Notes under the pieces: model-generated | What the model was told of the DNA's origin: nothing | Database searches by the model: none | Seen by the model: only the letters and a program-made list of their open reading frames with translations | Program-made: the position numbers and the translations under genes | Part shown: positions 1-9,650 of the stretch, piece after piece | Layout of the letters: the number at the start of each line of letters is the position of its first letter | How positions within the stretch are numbered: position 1 is the first letter of the stretch | NCBI GenBank assembly: GCA_963698075.1 | Contig: OY969116.1 | Coordinates: forward strand, 19,881-83,880 | Reading direction: 5' to 3' | Length of the DNA: 64,000 bases | DNA from: an uncultured Candidatus Berkelbacteria bacterium | GTDB taxonomy: Bacteria > Patescibacteriota > UBA1384 > UBA12157 > JAENIV01

Positions 1-11
1 ATGCTTCAGAC

Positions 12-1508
12 ATGTTTCCCTTAGCCACCAATAAACAATACTATCAAGTTCTCGCCATACCTAGCAATATCAAAAATCCGGCTGACGTTGCTGGAAGATT
101 AGCGCCTATTTTAGAAATTTCTGAGGATGAGATTTTTTCTAAGATTAATAATGATAAAAATTACGTCCCGCCCTTAAAACATGGTCTTAGCGAAGAAGAA
201 GGTGATAAAATTGCTAATCTCAAACTTCGAGGCATTGTTGTTTTGCCAGAATCATCTCGTTTCTATCCGGAAGGAGAATTGGCCTCTCAGATTTTGGGAT
301 TTGTTAACGATGCTGGTAATGGCCAATATGGTGTTGAAGGTTATTTTAATGATGAGTTAAAGGGTTCGGGAGGTCAAATTACGGCCGAAAAAGATGTTCT
401 TGGGCGTCTTTTTAACATTGGCGCCCGCACCCAACCAGAGAATGGCACCGATTTTATTTTAACTTTGGATCATAATATTCAGTATCAGGCAGAACAAGTT
501 TTAGAAGAGGCAATTAAAAAATATAAAGCCGATTCCGGCTCAATCGTAATAATTGACCCCCAAACTGGCGCTGTTTTAGCCATGGCTGGCGACCCAACTT
601 TTGACCCGAATAAATTTAATGAAGTGTCCCAAGACAATCAAGATGTTTTCAATAATCAGAGTATCGCTAAACCATGGGAGCCGGGTTCAGTTTTTAAACC
701 GCTAATTATGGCCGCGGCCATTAATGAGGGTAAAGTCCAACCTGAGACTGAAGGCGTTTTTTCCAATGTGGTGACCGTAGATAGCTACGAGATTCATACT
801 TCAACCGATCAAGCTTATGGACGGGAAACAATGACCCAGGTTTTGGAAAATTCTGATAATGTTGCCATGGTTTGGGTTTCGGAACAGTTAGGCAAAGATC
901 TGGAGTATAAGTATCTTAAAGATTATGGGTTTGGCCGTAAATCAGGCATCGAAATGGATACGGAAAGCCCCGGCGAAGTTTTAGATTTAAAGCAGTGGTC
1001 TAATACTCAAAGAGCCACGATTGCTTTTGGTCAGGGTATTGCCGTTACCCCCGTCCAGCTCGTCACGGCTATGGCCTCAATCGCCAATGGGGGGAAATTG
1101 ATGAAACCCTATATTGTTTCGGAAGTCACCAGCAGCGATGGTCAAAAAGATGTCCGCCAGCCTCAAGAGGTGAAACGCGTCTTAAATACTGACGTTGCCA
1201 ATAAAGTGAAAGATATGATGGTTTCCGTGGTGGTCAATGGCCACGGCAAAAAAGCCGCCGTCCCTGGCTACAAAGTCGCCGGCAAAACTGGTACGGCTCA
1301 AGTCCCCGCGCCAGGTGGTGGATATTATAAAGACCGTCATATCGGTTCATTTGTCGGTTTCGCCCCGGCCGATGATCCGAAATTTGTGATGTTAGTCCGT
1401 TTAGATCAACCAAAAAATGTTGATTGGGCCGAAAGTTCCGCCGCCCCAACTTTCGGCGAGCTGGCCAAGTGGCTGTTGGATTATTTTCGCGTGCCGCCCA
1501 CGGGATAG
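12..1508 (+). CDS. ftsI: Class B penicillin-binding protein (FtsI/PBP2 family), probably 5'-truncated by the window edge
   Basis: Dimerisation domain (R.YP.G, GQYGVEG), SxxK (PGSVFK), SxN (SDN) and KTG (KTGTAQ); heads the dcw cluster. Confidence 0.88.
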   Translation: MFPLATNKQYYQVLAIPSNIKNPADVAGRLAPILEISEDEIFSKINNDKNYVPPLKHGLSEEEGDKIANLKLRGIVVLPESSRFYPEGELASQILGFVNDAGNGQYGVEGYFNDELKGSGGQITAEKDVLGRLFNIGARTQPENGTDFILTLDHNIQYQAEQVLEEAIKKYKADSGSIVIIDPQTGAVLAMAGDPTFDPNKFNEVSQDNQDVFNNQSIAKPWEPGSVFKPLIMAAAINEGKVQPETEGVFSNVVTVDSYEIHTSTDQAYGRETMTQVLENSDNVAMVWVSEQLGKDLEYKYLKDYGFGRKSGIEMDTESPGEVLDLKQWSNTQRATIAFGQGIAVTPVQLVTAMASIANGGKLMKPYIVSEVTSSDGQKDVRQPQEVKRVLNTDVANKVKDMMVSVVVNGHGKKAAVPGYKVAGKTGTAQVPAPGGGYYKDRHIGSFVGFAPADDPKFVMLVRLDQPKNVDWAESSAAPTFGELAKWLLDYFRVPPTG

Positions 1509-1534
1509 TTCTTTACAAAGAATGCTAAAAAGAA

Positions 1535-1560
1535 TGCCCAGCAGAGAGATCTACTGGGCA
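1535..1560. terminator. Hairpin between convergent genes
   Basis: tgcccag...ctgggca stem preceded by an A-rich tract (U-tract on minus strand). Confidence 0.55.
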
Positions 1561-1580
1561 GGTCAGGAATAATGGGCCGA

Positions 1581-2342
1581 TTAGGTGCCGGGTGGTTGGA
1601 TGAAGTACGGCTCGGGGCGGTAGGGAACTGGCGGAAACCGGAGCGATCTTTTGGCTTCGGCTATCCTCGCCTGGCGTTCATCGAGGAACCGTCCCTTATA
1701 GAATCGGCAGTCGAGCAAGGCCGCGAAGGCCCAGTGGCCGTATTCTCGTGCCAGGTAGTGACTGTAAGGTAATCCCAGGCATCCGCGGCCAGATCCGGAA
1801 GACCATTTGACGAAAGGAACCTCTGGGATGCAATATTTGAAATACACCCCGGCAGGTATCAGATGTGGCCAGTTAGAAACGGGAACGATGAGGTCGTAAT
1901 GAAGGAGGAATTGTCGCGAGATTCTGATATCCTCGGCCGTGTGAGAGCTGACCTGCTGGCCGATGACAATCGCGCTTTCGATATTGCGGCGGCCTCGATC
2001 CCTGGCGAAAGTGACGACCTGCTTTTCCATGTAGTGGGCTGATGTGAGTCCATCACAGTCTGCTGTGCCGCCAGAGCAGTAGATATAGGATTCACTACCA
2101 AGACTCGCCAGCGAAAAGGCATCGATCGTTCCATGAATCCGTTCATCTGCTTCCGGAAGATATTCGCCTGGCATCTGGCCTTGTAAAGGATAGACCACGA
2201 CGCGAAGGGGACGATCTATTCCTTTCTGTCGTAAACGATGTAGTCCTGCGGACAACGCTCGTCTAAGCCGTTCCTCGTTCACCGAAGGTGCACCCCCGTG
2301 GGATGGTATTAGCCGACTTGAAATTAACAATTTCCTCGACAA
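1581..2342 (-). CDS. DUF218/YdcF/ElyC-like protein, GC-rich; start may be GTG at 2282
   Basis: Motif order resembles DUF218: YCSGG, SAHYM, SSHTAED, VSNWPHL; composition differs from flanking genes. Confidence 0.55.
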   Translation of the reverse strand: MSRKLLISSRLIPSHGGAPSVNEERLRRALSAGLHRLRQKGIDRPLRVVVYPLQGQMPGEYLPEADERIHGTIDAFSLASLGSESYIYCSGGTADCDGLTSAHYMEKQVVTFARDRGRRNIESAIVIGQQVSSHTAEDIRISRQFLLHYDLIVPVSNWPHLIPAGVYFKYCIPEVPFVKWSSGSGRGCLGLPYSHYLAREYGHWAFAALLDCRFYKGRFLDERQARIAEAKRSLRFPPVPYRPEPYFIQPPGT

Positions 2343-2349
2343 AAGTCAA

Positions 2350-2454
2350 GCCCCAGCACCAGAACAAAGTTCGGTGCGGGGCGCAGACCCCGCAGACGAC
2401 GCACAGCCATAACAGGACGCAGTCCGTTTGGCAGTAAGGAGTTGTGTGGGGTCA
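2350..2454. repeat. Two GC-rich REP-like hairpins
   Basis: gccccagcacc...ggtgcggggc and gaccccgcagac...gttgtgtggggtc. Confidence 0.6.
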
Positions 2455-2478
2455 ATAAATCTGATAGAATAAATCCTT

Positions 2479-3672
2479 ATGTCTAATTTTTTACAATCTT
2501 ATCTTCGTTTCTGGGCCAGCCGATATCTAAAGAAGGTCAAGCCCAAAATTATTGCCGTCACCGGTTCTGCTGGCAAAACCTCGACCAAAGAGGCAATTTT
2601 TGAAGTCTCGAAAGTTGCCTTTGGCGAGCAAGTGCGGCGGTCCGAAGGCAATTTGAATACCATCTATGGCATTCCTTTGGCAATTTTAGGTTTTAAAAAA
2701 CCGCCAGTGCCGTTGGACCGACCCTTTTCGCCCTGGCCCTGGATTCCCATAATTTTTATCGCTCCTTTTAAAGTATTTTCCAATTCGGCTACTAAATATC
2801 TGATCTTAGAAATTGCCGCCGATAAACCGGGAGATATCAAATTTACAACCAGCTACGTCAGGCCAGATGTTGTCGTCATCACCAATCTTGGCCCAGCCCA
2901 TTTAGAAATCTTTGGCACGATGAAAAAAATCATTGCCGAAAAAACCGAACTTTTAAAAGCTTTATCTTTGGATGGTTGGGCAGTTTTAAATTACGATGAT
3001 GAAAATCTTCGAAAGTTGAAGCTGGGAGATATTGTCAATATCAAAACCTATGCCATTGATGGAAAAGCGGAAATCAAAGCCCAAAATATTACAACGGAAA
3101 TAAAAGATTATCATCCAATCACCAATTTTCAAGTAATTTTCGATAACTTTAAGTTTCTTGCTCAAATTGCCACCCTTGGTCGAAAGCACAATGTTTATAC
3201 CGCTTTGGCAGCGATCGCTTGTGGGAATATTCTTAATATTGATAAAACAAAAATAATTGGAGGATTAAAAAATATTCATGGCCAAAAACATCGGATGGAA
3301 GTGTTAGAAGGAAAGAATGGCTCAATCATCCTCGATGATACTTACAATGCTAATCCTCTGAGTATGAAAGCGGCTTTGGAAACTTTAAAAATATTACCCG
3401 GGAGAAAAATTGCGGTTTTGGGAGATATGCTGGAATTGGGCGAAATTACTCAAAAAGCCCACCGAATTATTGGCGAATATGCCAAAGAAATCGTTGATGA
3501 AGTGCTAGCTGTGGGCGATTTGGCGATAAATTATCAGACCCAGAAATATTTTAAAAATAAAGAAGAGGTCATTAATTACCTTTTGAAGGAAACGAGAGTT
3601 GGTGATATGATATTAATAAAGGCTTCTCGCGGTATGGCTATGGAGAGTATTGTTGAGGCCTTGAAGCAATAA
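2479..3672 (+). CDS. murF: UDP-N-acetylmuramoyl-tripeptide--D-Ala-D-Ala ligase
   Basis: TGSAGKTSTK P-loop, DDTYNANP, LGDMLELG, KASRG. Confidence 0.93.
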   Translation: MSNFLQSYLRFWASRYLKKVKPKIIAVTGSAGKTSTKEAIFEVSKVAFGEQVRRSEGNLNTIYGIPLAILGFKKPPVPLDRPFSPWPWIPIIFIAPFKVFSNSATKYLILEIAADKPGDIKFTTSYVRPDVVVITNLGPAHLEIFGTMKKIIAEKTELLKALSLDGWAVLNYDDENLRKLKLGDIVNIKTYAIDGKAEIKAQNITTEIKDYHPITNFQVIFDNFKFLAQIATLGRKHNVYTALAAIACGNILNIDKTKIIGGLKNIHGQKHRMEVLEGKNGSIILDDTYNANPLSMKAALETLKILPGRKIAVLGDMLELGEITQKAHRIIGEYAKEIVDEVLAVGDLAINYQTQKYFKNKEEVINYLLKETRVGDMILIKASRGMAMESIVEALKQ

Positions 3673-3673
3673 T

Positions 3674-4696
3674 ATGGAAACTATTCAACTTTATCTGCCG
3701 AATTTAGCGAAAATTTTTTGGTTGACAGCTCTCTCATTTATTATCGCCATAATTTGGACGCCCTTGTTTACTGATTTTTTGTATCGCAACCGTTTGGGTA
3801 AAAGGATCCGCAAAACCGGTTTCGACGAAGCCAGAGCGCCGATCTTTTATCGACTGCATAAAGATAAAGCCGACACTCCAACAATGGGCGGACTTTTGAT
3901 TTGGATGACGGCGGCGGTCATAACTCTTCTTTTTAACTTTTCTCGAGCTGGAACCTGGTTACCTTTATTTGCCTTGGTGGCTACCGGGATTATAGGAGCA
4001 ATTGACGACCTCGCTAATATCCGAGGAGGGGGGCCACAGGGGATAGGGCTTAGATTTCGTTTTAAATTACTGATCTATCTAACCATTGCTGCGGTTGGTG
4101 CCTGGTGGTTTTTCTTCAAACTCGGCTGGGATGTTTTTCATGTTCCGGGTATTGGTGATTTCTTTTTGGGCTGGTGGTATATTCCCATATTTGTCTTGAC
4201 GATTGTTTTTATGGCTTTTGCCGTCAATGAAACCGACGGTCTTGACGGTTTGGCCGGCGGAACTTTAGCGATTGCTTTTGCTGCTTATGGCATGATTGCC
4301 TTGGTGCAAGGCAAAGTGGCCTTAGCCGCTTTTTGTGGTACGGTCGTAGGTGCTATTTTAGCTTTTTTATGGTTTAATATTTATCCTGCCCGCTTCTTCA
4401 TGGGAGACACTGGTTCAATGTCTTTAGGTATGACCCTGGCCGTAGTGGCTTTTTTAACTAATTCGGTGGCAGTTTTGCCCATCATTGGTTTTATTTTTGT
4501 GATCGAGGCCTTGTCCGTGATTATTCAAATAATCTCCAAAAAAATTTTTCACAAAAAAGTCTTTTTATCGTCACCATTGCATCACCATTTGGAAGCTATC
4601 GGTTGGCCGGAGACGAAAGTGACGATGCGATTTTGGGTCATTGCGGCAGTAATGGCGGCAATTGGTTTGATGATTGCTTTAATTGGTCGGGGATGA
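3674..4696 (+). CDS. mraY: Phospho-N-acetylmuramoyl-pentapeptide transferase
   Basis: TPTMGG, NETDGLDGL, FMGDTGS, PLHHHLE. Confidence 0.96.
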   Translation: METIQLYLPNLAKIFWLTALSFIIAIIWTPLFTDFLYRNRLGKRIRKTGFDEARAPIFYRLHKDKADTPTMGGLLIWMTAAVITLLFNFSRAGTWLPLFALVATGIIGAIDDLANIRGGGPQGIGLRFRFKLLIYLTIAAVGAWWFFFKLGWDVFHVPGIGDFFLGWWYIPIFVLTIVFMAFAVNETDGLDGLAGGTLAIAFAAYGMIALVQGKVALAAFCGTVVGAILAFLWFNIYPARFFMGDTGSMSLGMTLAVVAFLTNSVAVLPIIGFIFVIEALSVIIQIISKKIFHKKVFLSSPLHHHLEAIGWPETKVTMRFWVIAAVMAAIGLMIALIGRG

Positions 4697-4745
4697 TTGC
4701 CTCGTAAGGCAAGGCATGACATTTTATTTTTAAAAGGAGATTTTA

Positions 4746-4942
4746 TGGAAACCAAGCCATCAAAGATTGAACAAGAACCACAATTTAGTCCAGAGGCGAG
4801 AGGCCAGGAATGGATAGATTCTCATAAGCGGCAGCTAAATCAAACTTTAGCCAGCCAATTAGCGAAATTATGGGAAGGCGAAGATGTCAATTTTTTGCGC
4901 TTGGCTGTTACCCAAGTCACTGGTCAAAGAGTGGGGGAATAA
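4746..4942 (+). CDS. Small hypothetical protein
   Basis: AAGGAG RBS before ATG at 4746; abuts the next ORF. Confidence 0.5.
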
Positions 4943-5281
4943 ATGCCAGGGAAAGATTTTTCAACCAATTTGGAAATTATCAAAAAGTCCTTGGTTAAAA
5001 TCGGCTTTACCTTGGAAGAGGCAGAAAGTCAGCTTCAAGAGGTAGGGAAAATCGTTATTATGGCAATTTTCCAACGGCTCTTAAAAGAGCGGGCATCGGT
5101 TGAAGATTTGACGCCCCAAAATATTCAAAAATACCTTGAATCCAATTTTAACCCGACTTATCTTAAACAAGTGCTCGAATTCGAATCCAATAAAATTGTT
5201 GATGATTATCTTAAATCCGTCACCCAAGATTTGACTCCCGATATAAAACAGAACTTTTACCAAGATATTCAAGAAAATTAG
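4943..5281 (+). CDS. Hypothetical helical protein
   Basis: 112 aa ORF directly following the previous ORF. Confidence 0.6.
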   Translation: MPGKDFSTNLEIIKKSLVKIGFTLEEAESQLQEVGKIVIMAIFQRLLKERASVEDLTPQNIQKYLESNFNPTYLKQVLEFESNKIVDDYLKSVTQDLTPDIKQNFYQDIQEN

Positions 5282-5336
5282 ATATTAGATGACCTTAAGA
5301 CTTCTTTTCCAGGGTCTTTTTTGATAGAATAAGCTT

Positions 5337-6086
5337 ATGGAAGAGAAAATCTTCAAATTTTCGATATTGGCTAAATTTCCTGGAATTATTCATGGATTCT
5401 CCACCCGAAATTATGGTGACATGAGATTTGGTCATTTAGCCGATGAAGAGATTGTTAAAAATCGCCAGCATTTTTGCCAAAGTTTAAATATCAATTTGGA
5501 TGATATTGTCGTTGCGAGACTTATTCACGGATCAAAAATCACTACCGTTGCTAAAGAAGAAAAAGGTCGAGGCGCCCGGGATATGACCAGTGCCATTGCT
5601 CAGACTGACGGATTAATCACCAAAGAGAAGAAAATTTATCTTATGATAACTTTGGCCGATTGTATTCCTATCTTTGTTTTCGATCCCTTAAAGCAGATTG
5701 TCGGCATTGTCCATGCTGGTTGGCGAGGGGTTATCGCCCAAATTGTTGGAAGTTTGATCGCGAAATTAAAAAATTTAGGCTCAGAACCGGCAGATTTAAT
5801 CTTTGCTCTTGGGCCGGGAATTTGTCAGAAACACTTTATCGTCAAAGACGATGTTTTGGAAAAATTTAAGGAATATTATCCCTCGGCGACTTTTGTTCGT
5901 AATCACGATGGGTACATTGATTTAAGAAAAGCGATTTTGTTTGATTTAAAAAAAGAAGGGGTGGCTAAAAATAATATCGAGGTCGCTAGCGATTGCCCTG
6001 CCTGTTTAAATGGCAGATATGGCAGTTTCCGCAAAGAGGGGGCTGGCGTTCCGGCATCAGCAGCGATCATTGGGATGAGAGAATAA
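5337..6086 (+). CDS. pgeF: PgeF/YfiH (laccase-domain) peptidoglycan editing factor
   Basis: HGFSTR, DGLIT, LADCIP, HAGWRG, GPGIC; dcw location. Confidence 0.9.
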   Translation: MEEKIFKFSILAKFPGIIHGFSTRNYGDMRFGHLADEEIVKNRQHFCQSLNINLDDIVVARLIHGSKITTVAKEEKGRGARDMTSAIAQTDGLITKEKKIYLMITLADCIPIFVFDPLKQIVGIVHAGWRGVIAQIVGSLIAKLKNLGSEPADLIFALGPGICQKHFIVKDDVLEKFKEYYPSATFVRNHDGYIDLRKAILFDLKKEGVAKNNIEVASDCPACLNGRYGSFRKEGAGVPASAAIIGMRE

Positions 6087-7441
6087 TGGAAAAATTAAAA
6101 AATCAAAAAGTTGGTGTTTTGGGTCTAGGCGATGAGAATATCGCCCTAGTTAAGTATCTGATAGAGCAAAATGCCAATGTTGTTGTATGTGATAAGCAGA
6201 GCAGGGAAGAGTTGGGCGAGTATTATCGTGAAGTGAAAAATCTGCCGGTGCAGTTCCGACTCGGGCCACACTATTTAGATCATCTAGACGATTTTAAGAC
6301 TGTTTTTCGCACGCCTGGTCTCCCCTACCTTGATAAAAAAATTCAAGAAGCTCAGAAAGCAGGAGTGGAAATTTCCTCACAAACAAAATTATTTTTTATG
6401 CTATGTCCCTGCCCTATTATAGGTATTACTGGGACTAAGGGTAAGGGTACCACAACAGCACTCATAGGCGAGATCCTAAAGTATGCTGGCAAAGATGTTT
6501 ATTTAGGTGGAAATATTGGTAAACCTCCAATATCATTCATAGATAAACTAAATAAAGATAATCTTGTTGTTTTAGAATTGTCCAGTTTTCAATTGCAAGA
6601 CTTGGAAAAATCACCCCATATTGCTGTCGTCTTGGATATAAAAATTGATCATTTAGATTATCATCAAGACGAAGCCGAATATATAGAAGCTAAATTAAAT
6701 ATCGTGCGTTTCCAAACTAAAGATGATTTTGCCGTCATCAATGCTGATTATTTGACCAGTATCGAGTTTGCCTCCTCGACAGCGGCTAAAATATGGTGGT
6801 TTTCACGGCGAAAAACAGTTGACATTGGCTCTTTTTTACTTCATGATAAGTTAATTTTAAGAACTGAAGATAAAGAAACCGAAATTATCGCTCTTAATCA
6901 AATCCAACTTCGAGGGGCTCATAATATAGAAAATATCGCTGCTGCTGCGACTGCCAGTTTTCTTGCCGGCGCTGACCTGGGAGCGATTAAAACAGCTGTC
7001 AAAGATTTTAAGGGTTTAGAACATCGCTTAGAATTTATCCGCGAAGCCCGTGGCGTCAAGTTTTACAATGATTCTTTTTCGACGACGCCCGAGACCACCA
7101 TTGCCGCCATTCAATCATTTAAAGAACCCATAATTCTCTTGTTGGGCGGTTCAGAGAAGGGCTCCGATTATCAGGAGCTTGGGAAAATTATCTCTCAAAG
7201 CAAGGTTAAAATGATTATCCCCATTGGTTTGACCGCCAGACGCATTGTCAAAGAAGTTGTCAACAATGATATTAAAATTATAGATGAAATTCAATCAATG
7301 ACTGAGGCGATCAAAATTGTTCAAGAGAACGCCCGGCCAGGCGAGGTCGTTTTACTTTCACCGGCTTCAGCTTCTTTTGATCGTTTTAAAAATTACAAAG
7401 AAAGAGGCAAAATTTTTAAAGCCGAAGTGAGTAAGCTATGA
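6086..7441 (+). CDS. murD: UDP-N-acetylmuramoyl-L-Ala--D-Glu ligase
   Basis: ITGTKGKGTT, GGNIG, LELSSFQL, HRLE, LLSPASASFD; ATG overlaps the pgeF stop. Confidence 0.95.
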   Translation: MEKLKNQKVGVLGLGDENIALVKYLIEQNANVVVCDKQSREELGEYYREVKNLPVQFRLGPHYLDHLDDFKTVFRTPGLPYLDKKIQEAQKAGVEISSQTKLFFMLCPCPIIGITGTKGKGTTTALIGEILKYAGKDVYLGGNIGKPPISFIDKLNKDNLVVLELSSFQLQDLEKSPHIAVVLDIKIDHLDYHQDEAEYIEAKLNIVRFQTKDDFAVINADYLTSIEFASSTAAKIWWFSRRKTVDIGSFLLHDKLILRTEDKETEIIALNQIQLRGAHNIENIAAAATASFLAGADLGAIKTAVKDFKGLEHRLEFIREARGVKFYNDSFSTTPETTIAAIQSFKEPIILLLGGSEKGSDYQELGKIISQSKVKMIIPIGLTARRIVKEVVNNDIKIIDEIQSMTEAIKIVQENARPGEVVLLSPASASFDRFKNYKERGKIFKAEVSKL

Positions 7442-8547
7442 GAATAAGACCTGGTAAACCTGATTATATTTTGGCACTAATTGTGTTTTTGATGTGTCTT
7501 TTTGGTATTATAATGATCTCTTCGGCCTCCATTGTTATTTCAGGGGAACGTTTCGGTGGCGATTTCTATTATGTTATCCACCAAATCATCTCTTTCGCTG
7601 TTGGATTGATCGCCCTGCTGGTAGGTTATTTTATTGATTATCGTTTTTGGCGCAAATATTCTCTGATTTTTTTTCTCATCACCATCCTTTTGCTTATTGG
7701 TGTTTTTGTTCCAGGTATTGGTAAAGAATTGGGTGGCGCTCATCGCTGGCTTGGTTTTGGTAATCTTCTTTTTCAGCCATCCGAACTGGTAAAATTAACC
7801 TTCATCATCTATTTTGCTTCTTGGCTTGAGAAAAAGGGTGAAGGAGTCCGAGATTTTTCTTCAGGATTTTTGCCATTTATTGTCTTGATAGTTATCCTTG
7901 GCTTTCTGATTATGAGCCAGCCAGATTTGGGAACTCTAAGCGTGATTGCTTTGACGGCCGTGGTCATTTTCTTTATCGCTGGCGCTCGCTACACTCATTT
8001 AGGTCTGGCGACGATTAGTGCTTTAATATTTTTTGTTATCTTAGTCAGGATTGCCCCTTATCGAATGCAGCGTTTTTTAGTTTTTTTAAATCCCAGCCAA
8101 CAGACCCTTGGCGCCGCTTATCACATTAACCAGGCCTTAATTGCCATTGGTTCAGGCGGATTTTGGGGCTTAGGTTTTGGTCAAAGTAAACAAAAGTATC
8201 TTTATTTGCCTCAGCCACATATTGATTCTATCTTTGCCATTATCGCCGAAGAACTAGGTTTTCTCAGAGCCAGTCTTATCTTGTTAGCTTACATTTTTAT
8301 CGGAGTCAGGGGTTTTAGAATTGCTCGAGAGGCGCCCGATAATTTTGCTAAATATTTAGCTGTCGGTATAACATCTTGGATAGTTTTGCAGGCCTTTATT
8401 AATATTGCGGCCATGCTTAATTTAGTGCCACTGACAGGGATTACTTTACCCTTTATTTCCTATGGGGGTTCTTCACTAATCGTTACATTATTGGCTGTTG
8501 GCATCCTCTTAAATATTTCTAAGTTTTGTCAAAAGATGGAGACATAA
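7438..8547 (+). CDS. ftsW: SEDS protein FtsW
   Basis: QPSE, QPDLG, GLGFGQSKQK, PLTGITLPFISYGGSS; directly before murG. Confidence 0.93.
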   Translation: MRIRPGKPDYILALIVFLMCLFGIIMISSASIVISGERFGGDFYYVIHQIISFAVGLIALLVGYFIDYRFWRKYSLIFFLITILLLIGVFVPGIGKELGGAHRWLGFGNLLFQPSELVKLTFIIYFASWLEKKGEGVRDFSSGFLPFIVLIVILGFLIMSQPDLGTLSVIALTAVVIFFIAGARYTHLGLATISALIFFVILVRIAPYRMQRFLVFLNPSQQTLGAAYHINQALIAIGSGGFWGLGFGQSKQKYLYLPQPHIDSIFAIIAEELGFLRASLILLAYIFIGVRGFRIAREAPDNFAKYLAVGITSWIVLQAFINIAAMLNLVPLTGITLPFISYGGSSLIVTLLAVGILLNISKFCQKMET

Positions 8548-9650
8548 TGCGTATCCTACTTACCGGTGGAGGAACTGCTGGGCATGCCTGGCCGATTATT
8601 CTCATCGCCCAAAGCCTCACCCGCAATAGACGAGCAAAAATTTTATATGTGGGCTCACGCCAGGGGATTGAGAAAGATTTAATTAAAAATCAATCCCGGA
8701 CTGATTTTTCCATACCTTTCCGGGGCATAATTGTTGGCAAATCCCGACCCTATTTTTCCTTCTCTAACTATTGGGACATTTTTAAAACTTTGATTGGGAT
8801 TATCCAGGCTTTTTTCATTATTATTTCATTTAAGCCCGATGTCATTTTTGCCAAGGGCGGTTACGTTACTTTTCCCATCATTTTTTGGTTAGGTTTTTTA
8901 AAAATTCCCTTAGTCATTCATGAATCAGATGTAATGATGGGTCGGGCCAATCTTTGGGCGGAAAAATTTGCCTCAAAAATCTGTCTGGGTTTTCCAATTG
9001 AGGAGTACAATGCTTTGCAAGAAAAATTACCCTTAGAAAAGTTAGTTTATACTGGAATTCCGGTAGCGCCAGACTTCTCCGAAACTCCGATTAAGACTGG
9101 TGGACATTTGAAACTTTTGATTACTGGCGGTTCCCAGGGTTCATCAAAAATCAATCAAATGATTGCCCAAATTCTGAGTGAACTTTTAAAAAAATATGAA
9201 ATCTGGCACATCGCCGGCAAACGAGATTATCTTGAACTTTTAAAATTAAAAGACAACAATTATCATCTGTATGATTTTACTCAACATTTGGCAAAATTTA
9301 TGCGTGATTCTGATTTAATAATTACCAGAGCGGGCGCTAGCACTTTAACTGAGATTGCCGCCGCTAGTAAGCCAGCAATTATCATACCGTTAGAAAGTGC
9401 CAAGGGTGAACATCAAGAGGCCAATGCCAAAATTTTCCAAGATAAAAATGCCGCGGTTGTTTTGAGTGAAAAAAACTTAACCTCTAGTTCGCTTCTTTCT
9501 ATTATTGATAACTTAATGTCAGATGAAGGGCTGCGTAAACTTCTGGGGCATCATGCCCATAGATTTTATCAACCACATGCCGTCGAAGAAATTATTGATG
9601 TTATCTTTGAATCCTCTCATGAATCGCATGCAAATTTTAAAACAATTTAA
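8547..9650 (+). CDS. murG: Lipid I GlcNAc transferase
   Basis: TGGGTAGH, KGGYV, HESD, GGSQG, TRAGA, HQEANA. Confidence 0.95.
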   Translation: MRILLTGGGTAGHAWPIILIAQSLTRNRRAKILYVGSRQGIEKDLIKNQSRTDFSIPFRGIIVGKSRPYFSFSNYWDIFKTLIGIIQAFFIIISFKPDVIFAKGGYVTFPIIFWLGFLKIPLVIHESDVMMGRANLWAEKFASKICLGFPIEEYNALQEKLPLEKLVYTGIPVAPDFSETPIKTGGHLKLLITGGSQGSSKINQMIAQILSELLKKYEIWHIAGKRDYLELLKLKDNNYHLYDFTQHLAKFMRDSDLIITRAGASTLTEIAAASKPAIIIPLESAKGEHQEANAKIFQDKNAAVVLSEKNLTSSSLLSIIDNLMSDEGLRKLLGHHAHRFYQPHAVEEIIDVIFESSHESHANFKTI

